Source: an uncultured bacterium
GTDB taxonomy: Bacteria > GCA-001730085
NCBI GenBank assembly: GCA_964565945.1
Contig: CAZMGY010000012.1
Location: 60,001-92,000 of the forward strand
Direction: 5' to 3'
DNA length: 32,000 nucleotides
Each line of letters opens with the position of its first letter. The stretch's first letter is position 1. The translations under genes and the position numbers were made by a program. Below the pieces are notes generated by a model. The model saw only the letters and a program-made list of their open reading frames with translations. It had not been told where the DNA came from and made no database searches. Shown piece by piece: positions 26,080 through 32,000 of the stretch.

Positions 26080-29000
26080 ATGCAAAAGATCAGACTTAAC
26101 GATCAAGAACAGAGAGATGCCATTCTTGAACAATTGGATTGTAATTTTTTTGTCGAAGCGGGAGCTGGGTCGGGAAAAACAACGGCTATGATTGGGCGCA
26201 TGATTGCTTTGTTAGAATCCAAAGATTGGGAACCTTCCATGATTGCAGCGATTACCTTCACCAATCAAGCTGCGACGCATATGAAACAAAAATTTCAGGA
26301 AACTTTAGAGCAAAGAATTCAAGTTCTACAAAGCAAAGGGCCTTCGATAGGGTTGTCACGACTGCAAAAAGCTTATGCTCAAATGAACATTTTATTTGTA
26401 GGAACAATTCATAGTTTTTGTCAAAACTTGCTGAAAGAAATGCCTTTAGAGGCTGGTTTGGATAGCTCTTTTAGCCTAATGGATGAGCGAGAAGAAACGG
26501 AAGATCGACAAAACTTTTGGGATCAATATAAGTATGATCGCCTTGATCGAGATCCCGATCTTTTTGAAAGATGGCATGCTCTTGGAATCACATTGGAGCT
26601 GCTGGATCATGTGTTTGCTTTTATGTGTCGCTATGAAGATGTTGCTTTTGATGTTTCCAAGGTTGAGGTTCCTGATGTGGACACAGCTTTTGTAAAGTTG
26701 TGTGAATGGATGGAGCCCTTTCAGGTTTATCTCCCCAGCCCGCAGGAGCGTTGTGATGTTATGAGTCAAATGTGGCATACCCTTGAGCAAGACCTCAATC
26801 ATTATGGAGGTGTCTTACCTTTGGATCGTAAGGTGCATTATCTGATTCAAATGAGTGCATGGGGCAATTTGAAAGTCACTCAAAAATTGTGGAGTGATCC
26901 TAAGCTAGCAAAAATATTTGTCCATGAAAAATGGCCTGCGATGCGAGAAGCCTGGTTAGATTCTTGGGTTCAGATCTGGATGGCCCATATCTATTATCAA
27001 GTGATGCCCTGGATGCTCGAAGGCGTTAAGGCCTATCAAGATCATCGGCAAAGCCAACATCGCTTGAGCATGATGGATCTTTTGTTGCGATCGGTACAAA
27101 TGCTTCAAAAAAATCCAGCAGTGAGACGTTACTGGAAGGATCGTTTTCGAACTTTATTGGTAGATGAATTTCAAGATACCGATCCTCTGCAAAGTGAGTT
27201 GATTTTCTATTTGTCAGGAGACGATGTTGAGCAAACGGATTGGCAAAAGCTTAAGCCAGAGCCAGGGCGATTGTTTGTGGTGGGAGATTCCAAACAATCG
27301 ATTTATCGTTTTCGACGAGCCGATATGCGTTTGTATTATCAAATCAAACAGTTGTTTCAAGAAACAGGTGGATACATTTGCTATTTGACGAGTAACTTTC
27401 GTTCGACCCAAATCCTAGGAGATTGGGTGAATAAGGTTTTTGATCGTTCTTCAGCGTTCCCTGCCGAAAAGACTGATTACCAGGCTCAGTTTATGCCACT
27501 GCGTTGTGTGAAAGATGGGGATGAATCTTCTTCGTGTATTTGGGCCTTGCGTTCGACAGCTAAAAATGTGGTGCAAAAGGCTTGGGACGAAGCTGATCAG
27601 ATTGCTCGTTGGATTGCGCACCAAGGAGCTTCCTATCGTGATTACATGATTATCAGTTATAATACGGCACGTCTGCCTATTTATCAACATGTGTGTCAAT
27701 CGTATGGTATCCCTACCTTTTTGGCGGTCAAAGAACGAAAAGATGTCAGTTTATTGCTTCGAGATATCCATCGGCTGTTGCTGTGGATGGCGCAACCCGA
27801 GAATGAGTTTTTGGCCTATGGGGTTTTGCGTAGTTTACTGTTTGGTTTGAGTGATACCGAATTAGCTGAATACCGATTGCAAGGCAAAGGGTCGTTTGAG
27901 CTTAAGCCTATACAGGGCGATTCGCTGGTGACCCAAGTTTTTCGGATGGTTTGCGATTGGAAAAAGTCGCTTAAGCGTATGTCGGCTATTCAGCTTGTGA
28001 TGTGTGTGTATGAAGATTTGAGTTTGTTTGGCCTTGCTCAACAGTTATCGCAGGGTGATTTTGAGGCCAACCAATTGGCACTTTTTTTGGATTACCTGAG
28101 TATGCAGAATCCTGGTTCGGTTCAAACCTTATCTGGTTTGTTAGAGGTGTTTGATTGTTTTCAATCGACACAGCAAAAGTCCTTGCATGGTTTTGTTCAA
28201 GATGCGCACCAAGTGGTGAGAATTATGAACTTGCATCAGTCGAAAGGTCTCGAAGCCAAAACAGTTTTTTTGGTTGACCCAGCCAGCTTGCGTCGTCGAA
28301 ATCCCGAGTTTCATTTGGATCGCACAAAACCATTGGTGCAGGCGTATGCTTCATTATTAGCCTTTAGCAAGAATGCTTCTGCTAAGAAAGTCTTTGCACA
28401 AGCTCTGGATTGGAACCGTTGTCATACAGAAGAAACTTTGGCAGATGAAGCGGAGCGTCAGAGGTTGCTTTATGTGGCTGCGACACGCGCTAAGGAGAGG
28501 TTGGTGGTTAGTGATAGCGCTAAAAGTGTTTGGGGTGATTTTTCGGAGTTTCTTGACGGCTGTGCCACCTTGCCATATCGGGAGTTTGATTTGAAGACTC
28601 ATCTGGAGAGAGCTCAAGAGAAAGCGGCGAAAATTTCTCTAGAAGACTATTTAGCTCAAATGCGTCAACCGTCGTTTCGCTCTGAAAGTGTTACTTCTAC
28701 CAAAGGGGTTCGCCCAAATACAGGTGAAGAAGGTTTGGGTGCTAATTTTGGTACGATGCTGCATAGAGTGTTTGAGGAATTAGTGCGACGGCGATATGAT
28801 GCTGATTGGGATGTTGAAACCTGGTTAAGGTCTACGGTGGAGCAGGAACATTGTGATAGAGTACTTGAGCAAGTGTTGGCCTTCCAACAAAGCTCTTTGT
28901 GGCAACGTATTGCGACTAGTTTTCATGTTTATGTCGAAGTGCCTTTTTCGCAAGCCAAAGAGGGGGGGGAACAATGTTTGCAGACAGGTGTGATTGACCT

Positions 29001-29199
29001 GGTGTTTCATGAAGAAGATGGTTGGGTGATCGTTGATTATAAGTCAAATATGGTTCAGAAGAATTTTGAGGCTTTGGTCGACTATTATAAGCCACAGATG
29101 AAAGGATATGCCCAAGCTTGGGCTCATATCACAGGTGAAAAAGTGAAAGAAAGTTTGCTTTACTTTTCTTCGCATCATAAAATAATAAGCTTAGATTAA
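26080..29199 (+). CDS. addA: AddA-like UvrD/Rep-family helicase with C-terminal PD-(D/E)XK nuclease
   Basis: Helicase motifs EAGAGSGKTT, LLVDEFQDTD, VGDSKQSIYRFRRAD, NFRS, HQSKGLEAKTVFL, LLYVAATRAKERLVV. Nuclease motif GVIDLVFHEEDGWVIVDYKSN. Confidence 0.85.
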   Translation: MQKIRLNDQEQRDAILEQLDCNFFVEAGAGSGKTTAMIGRMIALLESKDWEPSMIAAITFTNQAATHMKQKFQETLEQRIQVLQSKGPSIGLSRLQKAYAQMNILFVGTIHSFCQNLLKEMPLEAGLDSSFSLMDEREETEDRQNFWDQYKYDRLDRDPDLFERWHALGITLELLDHVFAFMCRYEDVAFDVSKVEVPDVDTAFVKLCEWMEPFQVYLPSPQERCDVMSQMWHTLEQDLNHYGGVLPLDRKVHYLIQMSAWGNLKVTQKLWSDPKLAKIFVHEKWPAMREAWLDSWVQIWMAHIYYQVMPWMLEGVKAYQDHRQSQHRLSMMDLLLRSVQMLQKNPAVRRYWKDRFRTLLVDEFQDTDPLQSELIFYLSGDDVEQTDWQKLKPEPGRLFVVGDSKQSIYRFRRADMRLYYQIKQLFQETGGYICYLTSNFRSTQILGDWVNKVFDRSSAFPAEKTDYQAQFMPLRCVKDGDESSSCIWALRSTAKNVVQKAWDEADQIARWIAHQGASYRDYMIISYNTARLPIYQHVCQSYGIPTFLAVKERKDVSLLLRDIHRLLLWMAQPENEFLAYGVLRSLLFGLSDTELAEYRLQGKGSFELKPIQGDSLVTQVFRMVCDWKKSLKRMSAIQLVMCVYEDLSLFGLAQQLSQGDFEANQLALFLDYLSMQNPGSVQTLSGLLEVFDCFQSTQQKSLHGFVQDAHQVVRIMNLHQSKGLEAKTVFLVDPASLRRRNPEFHLDRTKPLVQAYASLLAFSKNASAKKVFAQALDWNRCHTEETLADEAERQRLLYVAATRAKERLVVSDSAKSVWGDFSEFLDGCATLPYREFDLKTHLERAQEKAAKISLEDYLAQMRQPSFRSESVTSTKGVRPNTGEEGLGANFGTMLHRVFEELVRRRYDADWDVETWLRSTVEQEHCDRVLEQVLAFQQSSLWQRIATSFHVYVEVPFSQAKEGGEQCLQTGVIDLVFHEEDGWVIVDYKSNMVQKNFEALVDYYKPQMKGYAQAWAHITGEKVKESLLYFSSHHKIISLD

Positions 29200-29228
29200 A
29201 TAAATTACACCAAGATTGATAGGTGAAC

Positions 29229-31157
29229 ATGACACTTGAGTATACGTTTAAATATGATGCGTTTCAAAAAGAGGCCATGCAGCATATTGACCAAAAACAT
29301 TCATTGATTGTTTCGGCACCGACAGGCGCGGGTAAGACGGTTATTGCTGAATACGTGATTGATCAATGTATCGAAGAAGGCGTTGGGGCTATTTACACTG
29401 CGCCGATTAAGGCTTTAAGCAATCAAAAATACTGCGATTTTTGCAAACGTTACGGATCTGAGAATGTGGGTATTGTGACTGGCGATGTCTCGATCAATCC
29501 TTTTGCTCCAGTTGTGATTATGACGACTGAAATTTTTCGCAATGCTTTGTTTGATGAAAAAGACCGCTTCAAAGAGCAACAATGGGTCATTTTTGATGAA
29601 ATTCATTACATCGATGATTTAGAACGCGGAACTGTCTGGGAAGAGTCAATCATGTTTTTTCCCAAACATATGCGAATGTTGTGTTTGAGTGCCACTGTGC
29701 CCAACTTAGATGAATTTGTTCAATGGATTCAGAATGTTCATGAGTATCCTTTTCATAAAGTGATTGAGCTACATCGTCCAGTTCCGCTTAAAACCTACTT
29801 TCAATGTCAGTCCTATATTGGGGCTTCGTGGGGGCGTTTGAAAAAGGTTTATGACCAAACTTTTCTGCATCGTTCTTCGGATAAAGATGCCTTGAATACC
29901 CCTTTTCCTCTCCTTCAATCGATAGCGGAATATAAGCATCTGCCGATGATCTATTTTGTATTTGCGCGCAAACGTACCGAAGAACTTGCTCAACTGTGTG
30001 CCAGAATTGATCTTCTTAATGATGAGGAAAAAAACCAAATACAAGGTCTGTTTGTGAGCCTTTTGCAGAAATACAATATTGAGAAGGAGTCTTCGGTTCA
30101 GAGGATTGCGCCTCTCATTGCGCGTGGAATTGCTTATCACCACGCGGGTATGTTGCCAAGTTTAAAGGAAGTGGTGGAACATCTTTTTGCCTCTCGTTTG
30201 ATAAAGATGATTTTTACCACCGAAACATTTGCGCTAGGGATTAATATGCCAGCACGTTCTGTGGTTTTTGATGAGCTTCGCAAATTTTATGGGATTCATT
30301 TTGATAGCTTGCGAACGCGTGATTATTACCAAATGGCTGGTCGGGCAGGTCGACGAGGTTTGGACAGCGAAGGTTATGTGTACGCCCGCGTGAATCCTTA
30401 CCGCGTACGTTTTTCGAGTGTGAAAAAGATTATTCAGGGTGACTATGAGCCTGTGATGAGTCAGTTCAATAGCTCATATGCAACCTTAATGCATCTCTAT
30501 GATAAATTTGGAGAAGAACTGTATGACATTTATGTGACATCGTTTCACTGTTTTCAATCAAACAAACGCGAGCGTAAAGACGCTCGGCGTGATTTACGTG
30601 AAAAGGTGTCCATGCTAAGAGACTTTGATTATATTCACGAGGAAGAATTAACCGTTAAAGGTCAGTTTGCAGCTCAGATACACGGCTATGAACTTATGTT
30701 GGGCGAACTTTTTGCCAATGGCGTGCTTGAAGAGTTGGATGAAGTTTCCTTGAATGTGGTGCTCTCCTCCTTGGTCTATGAACCTCGTAAGCGAGATGTA
30801 TGTCCGCCTTTAGATGAAGAGGTTAAAGCTCTACGCAAAATGATTCGTAAATACAATCGAAAGATTGTGAAACAAGAACAGAGGCGTGGTTTGAATACAT
30901 CGACATGCCAAGGTTACTTTCATTTGGCTCCAGTGATGGAGGCATGGTCGCACGGGGAAAATTTTTCAGAGCTCAAAGATATTGCCGATAAAGATGAAGG
31001 AGAAATTGTGCGCAACTTTCGTATGGTGATTCAGTTGTTACGTTTGTTGAAGAATTCTTCTTTTGTGACACCTCAGTTTGTTGACAAAGCGAAAGCGTGT
31101 TTGGATTTGATTAATCGCGACGCTATTGATGCGGAGCGGCAGTTGAGGATGCAGTAA
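29229..31157 (+). CDS. Ski2-like (HelY/Mtr4-type) DExH-box helicase
   Basis: FKYDAFQKEA, SAPTGAGKTVIAEY, YTAPIKALSNQKY, VIFDEIHYIDDLERGTVWEE, LSATVPN, QMAGRAGRRG. The C-terminal region (LNVVLSSLVYEP.., GEIVRNFR) looks like the DSHCT-type tail. The start is either the ATG at 29229 or the GTG at 29223. Confidence 0.85.
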   Translation: MTLEYTFKYDAFQKEAMQHIDQKHSLIVSAPTGAGKTVIAEYVIDQCIEEGVGAIYTAPIKALSNQKYCDFCKRYGSENVGIVTGDVSINPFAPVVIMTTEIFRNALFDEKDRFKEQQWVIFDEIHYIDDLERGTVWEESIMFFPKHMRMLCLSATVPNLDEFVQWIQNVHEYPFHKVIELHRPVPLKTYFQCQSYIGASWGRLKKVYDQTFLHRSSDKDALNTPFPLLQSIAEYKHLPMIYFVFARKRTEELAQLCARIDLLNDEEKNQIQGLFVSLLQKYNIEKESSVQRIAPLIARGIAYHHAGMLPSLKEVVEHLFASRLIKMIFTTETFALGINMPARSVVFDELRKFYGIHFDSLRTRDYYQMAGRAGRRGLDSEGYVYARVNPYRVRFSSVKKIIQGDYEPVMSQFNSSYATLMHLYDKFGEELYDIYVTSFHCFQSNKRERKDARRDLREKVSMLRDFDYIHEEELTVKGQFAAQIHGYELMLGELFANGVLEELDEVSLNVVLSSLVYEPRKRDVCPPLDEEVKALRKMIRKYNRKIVKQEQRRGLNTSTCQGYFHLAPVMEAWSHGENFSELKDIADKDEGEIVRNFRMVIQLLRLLKNSSFVTPQFVDKAKACLDLINRDAIDAERQLRMQ

Positions 31158-31172
31158 GGGGGGTAAAATAGA

Positions 31173-32000
31173 ATGACAAAGTGGGTTTTTGCCATTACGG
31201 CCGTACTTAGTTTTCTAACGGCAGAAATGCATGCTTCTTATCCTAAGGTGATTAAAGTTCTTATTGAAGAAGCTCCTATGTTAAAGATTGCAGCTACGGG
31301 TTCTTTTGATTTGTTTGCCAAGGACAGCGATCAAGCTTATGTAGAAGGTTTTTATTTGCCCCAAACTGATGTGTATAAAGCTGAAAAGAATTGGCTGTTT
31401 GTGAAAGGGTTTTCTAAAGGTTTTTGGGGAGGTATTCGCATCGAGGCTCAAGAAGAGTCGTCAATTGTGATCAATGGTGTTCGTTATCGTGGACGTTTGG
31501 ATATTCAACTAGACCCTAAGACAGGTATGTTGCAAGCTTTTAATTATATTCCTATAGATGATTATTTGCGTGGAGTTGTCGGACGAGAAGTGGCGTATTA
31601 TTGGCCTCAAGAAGTTCTTAAGGCACAAGCTATTATTGCACGCTCTTACACTTATGATCGGATTCAAAAACAAACTTATGAGGGATATGATTTGAAAGCC
31701 ACTGCGGAGTCACAGATGTATGGGGGTGTTTCTGCTGAGATGCCTCAGGTGGATTTGGCAGTCAAGGCAACCAAAGGAAAGTTGTTGTTGCATGAGGGCA
31801 AGATTTTTCCTACGTTTTATCATTCAACCTGTTCAGGTCATACCGAGGCCTCTCATGATATATGGGATTTTAAAGTAGCTCCCCTTAAAGGGAAAGTGTG
31901 TTCGTACTGTGATATTTCTCCGCACAATAAATGGACGAAAACACTGTCTCGCGAGACTATCCAAGAAGCTTTACTGACTTTTTCTGGAGGGCAAGATACT
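31173..32000 (+). CDS. SpoIID/LytB-domain protein (amidase enhancer family), 3'-truncated by the window edge
   Basis: Not in the ORF track because there is no stop in the window. My own translation from the ATG at 31173 (SD AAGGGGGG upstream) gives 276 stop-free codons to nt 32000. It has a signal-like N-terminus MTKWVFAITAVLSFLTAEMHA and the motifs IDDYLRGVVGREVAYYWPQEVLKAQAIIARSYT, SQMYGG and FYHSTCSGHTEAS, typical of SpoIID. Confidence 0.85.
   Translation, partial: MTKWVFAITAVLSFLTAEMHASYPKVIKVLIEEAPMLKIAATGSFDLFAKDSDQAYVEGFYLPQTDVYKAEKNWLFVKGFSKGFWGGIRIEAQEESSIVINGVRYRGRLDIQLDPKTGMLQAFNYIPIDDYLRGVVGREVAYYWPQEVLKAQAIIARSYTYDRIQKQTYEGYDLKATAESQMYGGVSAEMPQVDLAVKATKGKLLLHEGKIFPTFYHSTCSGHTEASHDIWDFKVAPLKGKVCSYCDISPHNKWTKTLSRETIQEALLTFSGGQDT

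Noticed and set aside
1-32000. Search for CRISPR arrays, IS elements or transposases, integrases, tRNA or rRNA genes, and toxin-antitoxin or known defence-system gene pairs
   Set aside because: I saw no direct-repeat/spacer periodicity, no terminal inverted repeats flanking genes, no recombinase motifs and no tRNA-like T-arm sequences in the intergenic regions. The window looks like core chromosome rather than an accessory island.

Overview
This window is a gene-dense, almost entirely plus-strand stretch of a bacterial chromosome. It uses the standard genetic code and strong GGAGG-type Shine-Dalgarno sites. BamD-like and LptE-like genes suggest a diderm lineage. I saw no tRNA or rRNA genes, CRISPR arrays, transposases, integrases or other mobile-element hallmarks. 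Order of content: (1) the 3' 7.1 kb of a giant ORF of at least 2380 aa whose start lies upstream of the window. It has SecA/SF2-like motor motifs, a long helical body and a C-terminal HExxH module. (2) cvpA, then dnaG and rpoD overlapping by 4 nt. RpoD carries a histone-H1-like Lys-rich N-terminal tail. (3) A tightly packed seven-gene operon: a 59-aa 4-oxalocrotonate-tautomerase-family gene (absent from the ORF track), a 499-aa protein with PI3/PI4-kinase-like catalytic motifs, trpF, trpB, trpA, maf and dus. (4) bamD-like, lptE-like and holA, then a convergent rpsT with a consensus promoter and a shared terminator. (5) About 0.6 kb of apparently non-coding DNA with a good sigma70-type promoter, followed by a small ORF whose sensible reading frame switches at an A AAA AAG tract. 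(6) hflX, a possible 49-aa membrane peptide, an addB-like Fe-S nuclease, an addA-like helicase-nuclease and a Ski2-like DExH helicase. (7) The 5' part of a SpoIID/LytB-family gene running off the window, also absent from the ORF track. Most of the window is ordinary housekeeping. The items most worth follow-up are the giant ORF architecture, the PI3/4-kinase-like gene embedded in the trp operon, the non-coding gap, and the frameshift-prone ORF upstream of hflX. All functional calls rest on motif recognition by eye and need HMM or structure searches.
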